A stretch of 64,000 nucleotides of DNA from Piromyces finnis finn (taxonomy: Eukaryota > Fungi > Neocallimastigomycota), in NCBI GenBank assembly GCA_002104945.1, contig MCFH01000037.1:186001-250000 (forward strand), read 5' to 3'. Numbering within the stretch: position 1 is the first letter of the stretch; every line of letters begins with the position of its first letter. A program made the translations under genes and the position numbers. Of the stretch, positions 14,432 through 27,300 are shown in pieces. The notes under the pieces are model-generated. The model was not told where the DNA came from. It saw only the letters and a list, made by a program, of their open reading frames with translations, and did no database searches.

Positions 14432-16034
14432 GTATAGATTTATAAATTAAATTTGAAAAATTGTACTTTTACTAATAAATTTACATATCTTTAAATGCTG
14501 ATTTTTATTTTTCATTATTATCTTTATTATTAAATTTACACTTTATTTTTTTTTTCATTTTTTTTTTTAAAAAAAAGAATAAATAAACATATAAATAAAT
14601 GAATAAACAAATGAATAAATAATAATAACAATAGTAATAATAATGAAAAAAACAACTTTATTTAAAGTTTTATCTTAGTAATGATATTACTGGATTATAA
14701 TTTATTATCCTTTGCATTTTTAAATTATCAGTAGTAATGAATAAACATTTTAAAATATTTATAATGGGGAAAATAAAAATTAATATTAATTACCAGTTAA
14801 ATTTTTAATTAGATTTTCATGAAAAATTAGTAATTCATACTGTTGTGATTATTATTAGTTATTAAATAATAATTGTATAATAAGAAAATAATAATATTAT
14901 TTATTTTAAATTCCCATTTTGTTGAATAAATATATTATGGAATGAAAAGTTTATTTATTTATAAATAAATGAATAAATAAAATAAAATAAAAAAAAATAT
15001 TAATATATATTTTACAAAACTTGAGCTAATAATATTAAGTTTTTATTACTTGTAAATAAAAGGATGAATATCACTTTATATGTATTTTAAATATAAAAAT
15101 GCTAATGAATAGTTATTAAAAATAAATAAAAAGAAAAAGCGGTTTCAACTTGTTATTATTATTATGTTTTATTGTGTTTTATTATTAAAATTCTTTTATT
15201 ATTATATTATTATAATAATTTCCTTTTAATTAATATTATTTTAATTAATTTTTTGATTATTAATTTTAATATTACTAAATATTATAATTAAATAGAACTA
15301 TAATTATCATGTCATTTCTAAATGAATTATAATATTATAGTTTTATCCATTTTTATATATATATTTTCCTATTCAATTTAATTTTTTAGTATTTCTACAT
15401 TACTATACAAGGTTTAATAATTTTAATTAATTATTGATGCAAAAACAATTACTCAATATCAAAGCCACAATTATTTTAAGCCATAATTTAATAACTCAAA
15501 TGTTATAAAATAGTCAATAAATAAATAATATATCTTTTTCACACTTTTTTTTTTTTAGAATATAGATGGAAATTGAGACTGTCGAAACCATTTGAGTAAT
15601 AAAGAAGACATAAGTAATATTTTTAAACTTTAATATAACTAATTAACTAATTAAATAATAATCGATGATCAATATTAAATATAATATTTTTTATTAAATT
15701 ATAATATATAATATTATAACAATTATAATTAATAAAGTTTTATCAAAAATTTAAAACTATCAAAAAAAGTAGTTTATGTGTGTAATTTTTTTTATTATAA
15801 TTATTTATTTTTATTTTATTCTTCTATTTTTTTCATTTTATTTCATTTTATCTTTATTTTTTGTTACATGTTATATAGTTGTTACTTTTATATATTTCAT
15901 TTAATGTTTGTTTATTTTTTTATAATAGGATAGATAGGTATTTTGATACTTTTTATTTTTATTTTATTTATTTATTTATTTTTTTTTTTGATATTATTTT
16001 TAATAATTATTCCTTAAACTATTTATTGGTGATT

Positions 16035-17636
16035 TTAATTAGCTTCTTGCTTGGTTAAAATGTAGATAAAGTAATGGAAATTATCACCAACAGTTTTGGT
16101 TTCTAATGTCCAATTCTTAGTTTCAAGATCAAAGTGACGCTTACGGAAGTGTGGTTGACCAAAGGTAATCTAATTAAAAAATATCAATACCAATATAAAA
16201 AAGCATTTAGTTTATTGATTAGTATTAATATTTTCATGAATTATTAGATTAATATCAACATTATATTAAAATTATAAAAATTAAGTGCATTTGAAATAAT
16301 TACATATATGAATTTTCCATTTGGCTTTAAAACTCTATAAACTTCATCAACATATTTTTTGATTTCAGCAATGAGTTCTGGTTCTGGATCCCTGATATAA
16401 ATATAAATTATTTAATTTTAATCCTTTTTTTTTTTTTTTTTGATAAATTTTTATTTTTCCTTTTTAATTTTCTTTATTATATATTTACCAGACATCTCCC
16501 TTTTCACAAAGAAGAGCATCCATAGTACCCTTATCAATAGCAACATCGAACATATTATTATCAAAAGCCATATCTAAAAAATATTTATGTTTAGAATATT
16601 AATAAATTTATATATTTATTTAAATATTAATAATTATAAAAATAACCTTTAATATCCATGGTTTCCCAAATCATATAATCTCTCTTAGTGTTACGCATTT
16701 TCATATTTTGAATAACAATTTGAGAAAAGTCGATATTGAAAATTTTTTGATAACTTTTTAAGAAAATATTAAAATATAATAATATTAATATTTTTATTTT
16801 TATAATTATTTTATATTATATTTTAATAGCTTACCCGTCATCATACATATCTTCAGATAATTTACTATTACTAAATATGAATTAGTTACAAAATTATATT
16901 TTAAAAATTAGTTATTTAAAGTAGATATTTAGAATAATTAAAATAAATATATAAATTTGAAATTAATTTCTTCTCATATCTATATTATGTATATTTAATT
17001 TAAGTTACATAAATTAACATTTTTAAATAAAAACTTACCCACATCCAAGCATTAACATAACATCTTCCTTGTTAAGATATCCAACTAAAGAATCTTTTAA
17101 TTCTGGCCATCCCTTAAACCATTCAAAAGTAGTAGTCATTGGTTCTTTTTCATAACGCCTTAATTATTTCAATAATTTATAATTAATTTTAATAAAAGTA
17201 AAAATAATTTTATCATAATAATGAATTAATATTAATAAATGAATTTTATATATTTATATATTAATAACAGATTTTATAATCAAAATTAACAAAAAATATT
17301 TTAATATAACATTTAATATATTAGTATGCTTATAAATAGGTATTAATTTAAAAAATATAAATGATTTTAATGATTAAATAAAAAATAATCATAAATCCCC
17401 GAGGAAATTTTATATAATTTACTTTCTAATAATCTGAAATTCTTTTTATAAAATTAATTCTAATACACTAATACATACTTTTCCCAGTATTCTCTAGTTT
17501 TATATTCTTCATTTTTAGCTGGAAGAATATCTAATGTTGACTTAGTTTCAGCTAATTGTTCTTGTGGTTGTTCTTGTGGTTGTTCTTGTAATTGTTGTTC
17601 CTGTGGAACTTGTTCAACCTTTTCTTCTTGAGACAT
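16035..17636 (-). CDS. EEF1AKMT4: Class I SAM-dependent protein-lysine methyltransferase, EEF1AKMT4 (ECE2-MT)-like, multi-exon
   Basis: Spliced translation ...LPAKNEEYKTREYWEK|RYEKE...FEWFKG...LMLGC|GNSKLSEDMYDDG...NIDFSQIVI...WETMDIK|DMAFDNNMFDVAIDKGTMDALL...W|DPEPE...VDEVYRVLKPNGKFIY|ITFGQPHFRKRH...VGDNFHYFIYILTK. This follows human EEF1AKMT4 motif by motif (YREVEYWDQRY, LGCGNS, WETMDV, EKGTLDALL, APHFRTRH). Not in the ORF track. Confidence 0.8.
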
Positions 17637-18021
17637 TTTGATTTTTTATAATTTAATAGTTAATATATAAAAAAAGTAGCAAAGATTTTTTTTTTTTTAC
17701 AAAAACCTTTTTTAATTGTTATGTATAATCTTCTAAAGATATTATTGGATAAAAAATTTCTTCTAATATAATGAATAAATTAGATAATATATATGAAATA
17801 TATGTATATACAATAATGGATTAAGTTTATTTTAATTTTAATTTTTTTTTTTTTTTTAAAAAAAAATGAAATGGATGATGAAAATTTAAAAAAATCTAGT
17901 ATATTTATCTATTGAATTTAAAAATCTTTTTTATAACATTTATAGATTAAATAATAAAATATAAAAACAAAAAATATATAGTAAAAACAATAAATTAAAA
18001 TAATAAAATAAAAATATAAAA

Positions 18022-19606
18022 ATGGGTGATTTCAAGGATGCAATTATAAAACGCCAAATGTTCTTTAGTGAATGGGACTTTTTACCAAGTTATTTAGCCA
18101 TTTATGTTTTATCCATATTTGAATTATTTTATAACCTTATAAATAATATTTTTGGACTTTCAAAAAAAGATAAAGTCGAAAAGTTAGTTAAATAAATTAT
18201 ATATTTTTAAAATAGATATTTCTCTTTAATTTTTAAAAAGCATTAATAAAATATAAAAATTTAATAAAATATATTTCATATTAAAAGTTTAATTCAAGAA
18301 ATTAAAAATGATATTTCTGATGAAAAACAAAATAGAAAAACTGTTGTAATTACAGGTAATAATTTTTTTTTTCCAATTTGTTTTTTATTGAAAAGAGAAA
18401 TAATTAGTACTAATATTTTTTGGTTTTTAGGGGGAACATCAGGAATTGGTAAAGAAACTGTAATTTCACTTGCTAAAGCCAACTATATAATATATATTGG
18501 TAAAAACAACGGAATGAATAATAATACTAATAATATAACATAATAAAGAAGACTAATAATATATATTTTTATTTTAATATTAAATTTAAAAGGTGACAAA
18601 ATTGAAGAAGAAAAAATTAATGAAATTCAATTTAATTTACGTAAAGAATCAAGAAATGAAGATATTTATTTAGAGTATATCGATCTTTCAAGAATTGATT
18701 CAATTAATAGTTTTGTAGAAAAAGTTAAAAAGAATAATGAAAAAATAGATATTTTAATTTGCAATGCAGGAATAATGAATATTCCTTATCAAATCGATGA
18801 AAAAGGATTTGAAATGCAAACTTCTGTGGTATTCAAGATTTTTTATTATTTTTAAACTTAATATTTTATATTTAATAAAATTAATAAATGTATTTTATGC
18901 TATATATATATATTTTATATTTTATATAATGTATCAAAGAATTATTTTGGTCATTATAAATTAATTCATTTATTTATAGAAAATTTAAAAACATCAAAAG
19001 GAAAAATTATAATAGTTTCTTCAGTAGTTCATTATCAAGGTAATCAGAAATTAAAAAAATTTTTTGTAAATATAAATTAATTTGTTGAATTATTAAATGT
19101 ACTGCTTGCAATAAAGTTAAGGAAATAGATGTTGAGGCATTTAAAAGTAGAGAAAAATATAGAAAATTAGGGAATTATGCATTAAGTAAAATTTGCTTAA
19201 TGATGTTAATGAAAGATCTTGATGAAAAATATTCTTCATCCGGTGTTCAAGGTAAATATATATGAAATATACATTTAAAATTTAAATGATAAATAAAACA
19301 TCAAAAACAATTTATTAATATAATGATTTTTATAATTTAGTTTATTCTGTTCATCCTGGTGTAGTTTGTACATCTTTATATCAATATGATTTTTTATCGA
19401 ACTTCTTTGTAACTAATTTTCCAATTGCTTTAAAGACGCCAAAAGATGGATCTTTGACATCAATATATTTAGCACTAGAAAAAAGTGAAAATTTAAAGAG
19501 TGGTAAATATTATTTTGAATGTGATGCTATTCCATATAATCCATTAATAGATAATAAAGATGTTAGAAATAAATTAATGGAATATACAAAAAGTTTAAAT
19601 TTATAA
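18022..19606 (+). CDS. Short-chain dehydrogenase/reductase, retinol dehydrogenase (RDH11-14/DHRSX)-like, 7 exons
   Basis: Spliced motifs: VVITG|GTSGIG (Rossmann fold), IDILICNAG, FEMQTSV|NYFGH, IIIVSS, catalytic YALSK, VHPGVVCT. There is a hydrophobic N-terminal anchor. ATG at 18022, TAA at 19604-19606. Confidence 0.85.
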
Positions 19607-20868
19607 TCTAATGTAATATAATAAAAATATTGAATAAAAATAAAAAATGAAATAAAGCAAAATAAAAAATAAGGTCTATAATCCATAATAATGATATAGG
19701 AAGGAAAAATAATTTATATTGAAAATATGTATAATCAAAAAATTACTTAACAAAAGATATATTAATTATTGTTATTGAAATAATATATAATATAATTACT
19801 TCAATCCTTATTTATATAATATATTATCTTTAATATTTAAAATATATTCTATTAATATAAATAGAATACTTTAATTGGTATTTGGAATTAATCTATCAAT
19901 ATATAATATAATATGTTTAGTATTATTTTCAAATGAATAAATTATTAAAAATTTTCAATTTTTAATTTATTTTTAAAAAACAGAAATATTGAAAATTCTT
20001 GTAAAATTTATTATAAAATAAACTTTTGAAAAATTAAATGTTTCACAAAAAAGGAGAAAAAAAAACAAATTATTATTTTCCATAAAAAATTCATTTATTA
20101 ATATACCAATAAAATATACTATAATATATTATTGAAATTGAATAAATATTAAATGTTACACAATAATTTAACATTTCATCTTATTTCTTTTTACATCAAT
20201 ATCATTTTATAAAAAAGTTTTTTTTTTCATGAGAATATATCCTTTTTTTTTTTATAAATATTTATAATATAATGTTATGTAAAGTTTTATGAATAAATAA
20301 AATTTAAGAATATAAATTTATATTATTTTTTTTATGTTTAATCTTATTCTCCTAAATAATAAAATATATTTATTTTGTTTAATACTCCCAAGAATTTTGA
20401 AATGCCTTTTTCTTAAATAATCCCTACTGAAATATATGATATTGTCCCTAGCTATTAAATTAAATTTTAAATGTTAATAATAATTTTACTATTATTTTAT
20501 ATAAAATAACTTTAAAATATAATAATATTAAAAATTTAATTAGATCTAATGTTTAACATAAATTATATTAATTATTTTTCTGTTAATTTTATTTGTCAGA
20601 AATTTAAAAAAAAGATATTATTAATTTATCAAATCAAAAAAAAAAAAAAAAAATAAAAAATAAAACAAAAGTGAAAAATTGATGAATGCTTTTTAATTAT
20701 GCGATTTAATAATTTTAATTATTATAATTTAATATATTCATTTTTGTGTTATGTAAGAAATGACATCTGATTTAAAAATCGACTTTTTATTAGTTGTTTA
20801 CCTCCTATTTTAATATTTTACTTGCTTATTAAAAATCATAATTACAAAATAATTTAATTCTTTTTTTA

Positions 20869-20899
<31 letters not shown>

Positions 20900-21151
20900 C
20901 TTATTATATTTAAATATAATATATTTTTAAAGAAAGTCCAGTACTTTTAAATATAAGATATAAAGGAAAGAAGAAAATATTAAATATATGAATCAAGAAA
21001 TATATTAAGAAAACAAAAGTTAGATTTTTTTTTGTGCTTATTATACTATTTATACTATTTAGTATAATTGATAATTATAAACCTTCCACTCTTAATAAGA
21101 GTATAATATATTTTTACTACCCTTAAAATATTAATTTATTAATATTCGAAA

Positions 21152-23266
21152 ATGAAGGATATGGAGGTAAATATTTTTTTATAATAATTATCTATATTTA
21201 TTTTAATTATTAATAAAAGTATAACAAAAAATATATAAATTTTATAAAAATATTTTTTTTTTAAAAAAAGATTGATATTGGAATTATTAAATATGTAGTT
21301 GAAAATTCAATTATTGGATTTAATAGTATTCCAATTCAATATAGAACCCCAGAAGTTGAAAATGCTATGGCTTCATGTAACTTATTAAAAAAGTATATTA
21401 ATGAATGCTATGAATTTAATTCAATTGTATCTGAAGAATTTGGAAACAATAAGCAAAGTGAAATGAAAACTTCTGTTTCCACTTCTTGCATTAATTCTAG
21501 AAGTAGTAATGAATGTAATAACAGCTTTTACGCCAATTATAGAAATCAATATGAAGTTAAAACCCATGATAGAACTTCTCGTCCATTATTGCCTCAAGAA
21601 ATTTTGTTAGGATTAAATTACCAAAGAAATAATAGTATTTCGGTTTATTCTAATGATAAGAAATTTAATAAAATATCTTCAACTCCTAGTTTACCAACTT
21701 TTACTTCTAAAACTAATCAAGGAGGTTACGGAGGATCTTACAATAAAAAAGGACGTTCTTCTGTTGAAGCTGTAAATATTGATACTTCTTCATTTAGTAT
21801 TGATTCTATTTTCGGTGGTAGTTCTTCTTCTTCCTCTATTACTTATGTTTCATCATCTTCATCATCCGCTTCTTCTTCATCTTCTGAATATAATGACGAG
21901 GAAAAAGCAGAAATATTTGAACCATTTGAAGTAGAAATTCCAAAAAGTCGTAAATTTGATCAACTACCAAAGGAAGTATTAAATAATGTCATGAGATTCT
22001 TACCAGCTAATTCTTTGTACAACATTTTATTTGTAAACCGTTACATGTATAATTGCGCTTTACCTTATTTATGGAGAAACCTTAATTTCCAAAATACTTT
22101 AAGTTGCTTTAAGTTCTGTACAAACTTTGAAAACAATTCCGTTTATCACAAAAATTTCTCTCTTTATACAGAAACTTTTAATATTTGTTTCCCAAATCAA
22201 GGAATGAACTTGTACAAATTTTTATTAGATAAAATTATAGCTAACTGTAAAAATATTAAAAATATAAAAGTTGATAAGAGTCTTTATTGGTATATGGATA
22301 AGACTATCTCACTCTTTACTAAAAATTGCAAAAATATCGAAAGAATTAGGTAATTTATTCTTTTTAATAAAAATAAACTCTACTATATATGAATTTAGTA
22401 ATACTTATTTTATTATTTATTTATTTATATATGTCTTCATATTTTATAAAAGTTTAAATGGACAATGGTATCAACCAGAACAAACTATTCTTTCTATTTC
22501 AAAAAGATGTCCTAAATTAAATACATTACAATTAAATCATGTTCAATTTACTGTCAATAATTATACATCTTCTTTTACAAACTTCTATCATATTAAACAC
22601 ATAGATCTTAGTGGTGTTAATATTACAAATGACGTTTTGAACTTAATTGTAAAGAATAATAAATATCAATTAGCATCCATTAAGTTAAGAAATTGCACAA
22701 GTTTAACTGACGAATCAATTAAACAATTAATAGAAAATTGTGAAGAATTACAATATCTTGATTTAAAGGGTTGTCAAGTGTCAACTGAAACTTTAATGGA
22801 AATTGGTGATAAATGTCCAAAACTAAAAACATTATGTCTTGATGGTATTGTAGGTGTTACATCAGAAGTCATAAATTCTATAGCCGTTGGATGTCCTAAC
22901 CTTTCCGTCATTTCTTTAGAAAAATGTCAACAAGTCACAAATGAAGCGATAATTAATTTATTTAAATCAGTACAACATAACTTAACACACTTATGCCTCT
23001 CTGGACTTTCTTTACTAAATGATGATGCATTAATTGGTTTATCATTTTATTGTTGTGCTAATTTAAAGAAATTAGACATAGATTCTGTTTCAATGTCTGA
23101 ATTTGCAATTAGTAATATTATGCAAAATTGTATTAAATTAAAGTCTTTAATTGTTCAAAGACCAAACACTTGCGTTACATGTACTTTATCAAAATGGATG
23201 CAAAATGAAATTAAAGATAGATATTCTACTAGTATTGAAGATTTTGATATTCCGTTTGTTTTTTAG
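21152..23266 (+). CDS. F-box / leucine-rich-repeat protein (FBXL-type SCF substrate adaptor), 3 exons
   Basis: F-box motif DQLPKEVLNNVMRFLPANSLYNILFVNRYMY plus cysteine-containing LRRs (LRNCTSLTDESI, LDLKGCQVS, LEKCQQVTNEAI). The two track ORFs join through an intron at about 22350-22451. A probable 15-nt first coding exon MKDME starts at 21152. Confidence 0.85.
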
Positions 23267-24357
23267 ACAACAATTAAAAATTAATAACTTAAATACTATC
23301 TGATTTTAATTAAAACAAGTTACCAAAAAATAACATACTATCTAATTTTAAAAATTAAATAATTATCATAAATATTAAAAAAAAATAACGAAAAACAAAA
23401 TACATCAAAAGCAACTTAATACTATCTAATTTTAAATAACTAGAAATAATAATAAGCAATTGTTTATGCTATGATTGATAAAGAAAATACAAATTTATTT
23501 TTTTTATTATAATTATCTTCTTTTTTTTTTTTTTGATAATTTTAATTATTAGTTTTTTTTTTATAAATAATATTATTATGACTTCGTTTTTTCAACGTTT
23601 TAATTTTAAAAACTTTCAATTATTACTTCAATTATTACAATATTATTGATTTTGATTTTAATATTATTTCAAAATAATTTTAAAAATAAAAGTATGTATA
23701 AATAAATATATATATATATATATAATCGTTTTTTTATTATATATAGTAATTTAGTTTAATTAAAGGTTATGACATATTCCTTTAAACATGTCTATAGACC
23801 TTTATACTACTAATTAAATAAATAATACATTATTGTTATATAATATTTACATTACTGTATACTATTTCATAATTATGTATTGAGATTTTTAAAATATTTA
23901 TTTTTTTGATGTAACATGAATAATCGGACTTTTAATAGGTAAAAAATTTTTTGGAATAGTAAAATAATAAAATTATTTTAAGAAAAATTAATATTTAGTA
24001 ATATTATAATTAATTTTTTATTAAAATTATCCACATTTATTAATAAATAATTTATAAAAATAAAAGATAAATATTTTTTTATTATATGAGAATCAACCTT
24101 TCATTTTAATATATATTTTTATAAAATAAAATTTATTTATAAAATTATTTATTAATAATTATAGTTTATATATAAAAATTTTCATTAATTAAATATGCTC
24201 AGTTTTTTAATTTTTTAATTTATAATTAAAAATAAATTTAAACCAATTTTTTTTTTCTTTTAAATACTAACAATTAAAAATTATAATACCATTTATTATT
24301 TTTGTTTTATTTAAATATTAGAATTGCTATTATATTAATATATAAATATCTAAAAAA

Positions 24358-27300
24358 ATGGAGGTGGATACAACACCCCCACAACCTGTAGTAGATACTA
24401 CATTAAATTTGAATGATACTACATTAGTATCAAATACTGATTCAGTGGTAGAAAATACTACAGAAAGTATTACAGAAAACGTAGATGAAAATAAAATAGA
24501 AAACGATAATAATGATTCAAATAAAACTAATGAGAATGTAAAACCAGAACATAAAATACCTAGTGACTATGATACTAGAATGCTCTGGATGAAAGAAATC
24601 CTTGAAAATGGATTTTCATATGAACATGATATATCAATAAAAGAAAAACAAGCTCAAAGAAATTTAATAAATGATAAGCAAAGATATTATACAGAAAATA
24701 ATCCAGAAGAAATATCTATATTTGAAGAGTGTTTAGAAAGAAATAATAGAGAAAATTATGATGTAAATATTTTATGTTATTAATTAACTACCCTAATTTA
24801 ATATTGCCAGAAATATTATATATGTTATATGTTAATATATACATATATTAAAGAATTATGTATTTATTTTTAATAACTTATAATTTACAGAAACTGAAAA
24901 AATTTTTGAATAATGAAATACAAGATGCATCCATTCTTATATTTTATACAGAAAAAGTAGTTGTTGAGAATGAAGGTATAAAATTTGTACATTATTATTT
25001 ATATAAATTATATATTAATAAAATTATAATCATAAAAATTATTGTATAATTGTATTTAAATTCTAATTTTAAAAATGCCATATATTTATACACAAATAAA
25101 ATAATAATATTGATTGAAAAATAATAATTTATTGGTATATAGTCGCAAAAAAGCATTATATTAAACATAAAAGATCAAGGTTTTTACCTCTTGAACCTGA
25201 GCCAGTAGTTGAAACAGAACCAATAGAGGAAGAAAAACCACCAGAAGTTGAAGAAGTTAAAAAGGCAGATACAAAGAAAAAAGGAAAACTTGATAAAGCA
25301 AAAAGTGTAAAAAAAATAGATAAAAAAACTACATCTGATAAAAAAGCAGTAGATAAGAAGGGCACGGATAAAAAATCAATTGATAATAAAACAGAAGAAA
25401 AAACTGGTGATAAAATTGAAGATCTAAAAAAAGAGGAAACTGAAGCTCCAAATGAAGAATCTAAGGGAGATCCAATAACGGAAGAAAATAAAAATGAAAC
25501 TGAAGGTGAAAATATTGAAAATAAGTTGCCACCAAATATTGAAGAAAAAATTATTGTTCAAAAGTTAACAAGAGAAACATATATAATGCATATGCTTGTT
25601 CAAGATATACCCGATGATTATACAGAAATTAATTCTATCTATTTTTTAAAAAATACCACTGAACCAATAAGTATTCCAGAAACATTAGAAGGTAATACTA
25701 AAGAAATTATTATTAATATTATTATTTTTTTTTTTTACAAATGAGTAATATTTATTTAATGATTATAATAGTATTTCATTTACATATAATTCAAATGTAT
25801 TAAAAAATGAATATTAATTAATAATTATTATTTTAAAATTTATATATTAAAAAAGAATCTAGAGAAATTTTAAATAAAAGTTTAGAAATTGGCTATTTTT
25901 CAGGTCAAACTTTACTTATGTTAGAACAAATATTATCAGAAGTATATGTACCGATAATTTCAATTGAAGAGGCAATAGCTCAAAATGAAAAGAAAAATAA
26001 AAAGGTTGAAGGAGAAGAAAATGAAAATAATGAAGAAAATGATAATTATAATGATGAAAAAACATCATATAATAGAGATGAAGAAATTATGAAAATGTCA
26101 GAAAGTGATGAATCATTATTTATTAGTAATCAAAATTTGTATAATGAAAATAATAATAATAGTGGATTTTTATTAAGTAAGCAGAAGTATATATAGCTTT
26201 ATAATAATATAATATTTTTTTAAAAGCAATAAGTGTTAATATGATGAAATAATTTAAATAATACTATTTAATATTTATATTAGATACACAAAAGTTTATT
26301 ACATATATTGAACATACTATACAACAAATAACAGGAGATATTGATTTAAGAATTTCAAACAAATATAAATATTTGGAAACAAAACCAGTAAGTTATTTTG
26401 TTAGTAATGCTAGTTTGGTTGAAGAACTTAATAATTTAGTAAAAGGATGGACAACAATTATATCTAATACAATTGAGAGGGAAAAGCAAAAAGTCCCACA
26501 AGGAAATGTAATATATAAATATTATAAGTATATTAGAAAATATATTTTTATTTTTTATATTATTAAAATAACATATTATATTGATATTTAATTTTTTTTA
26601 AAAAGGGTCCAATGGCTGAAATAGAGTTTTGGAGAAATAGAAATTCATCTGTTTCAGCTTTATTTGAACAATTAAATATAAGTCTTGTTCACAAAATTAT
26701 TGATATTCTTAATTCTACAGGATCACCAATTACATCAGATTTTGAATTTCAGTTTGGTGAATTGAATAAATTATATACAGAAGCTAAAGATAATGTTAAA
26801 TTTTTAAGTACGTTAGAACGTCATTTCAAAGGAATTATTGTTGGATCTTTAAGTTCAGTAACAGTAAGTTTTGGTTCAATATTAAAAGAATTAAAAATCA
26901 AATGATATATATTAAATGAGAAAATAAATGGTTTAATTTTTAATTTTATATATTCATAGGATTCATTACCTTCCTTAATGAATGCAATTCGTATGGTATG
27001 GATTATTTCACGTCACTATAATAGAGATGAAAGAATGGTACCACTAATGGCAAGAATTGCATGGGAATTATCAAATAAAGTTACGAATCTTGTTAATGTT
27101 AAAACAATTTTAAGAGAAAACCCAAATACTTCAAAAAATAGAATTCTTGATGCAAAAGAAATGCTAGAAGCCTGGAGTACAGTAAGAACGATTATATTTA
27201 TACTATAATTATGTAAAAATTTATATATATTGAAAAATCATTTTTGATAATTTATGAAATTTTTATTAAATTATTATAGACTTATTTCCAAGTTCGTGAA

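Noticed and set aside
14430-16030. Long gene-free intervals (also 19610-21150 and 23270-24350) examined for tRNA, ncRNA or transposon relics
   Set aside because: I found no cloverleaf, terminal repeats, transposase/RT remnants or spliceable coding exons; slightly GC-richer patches are too short to interpret.
17360-17440. GC-rich spot (ccccgagg) with C/D-box-like words in the long first intron of the methyltransferase gene
   Set aside because: The box-like words are on the strand opposite the host gene, the boxes are degenerate, and I cannot identify an rRNA-complementary guide; a snoRNA call is not supportable without snoscan or Infernal.
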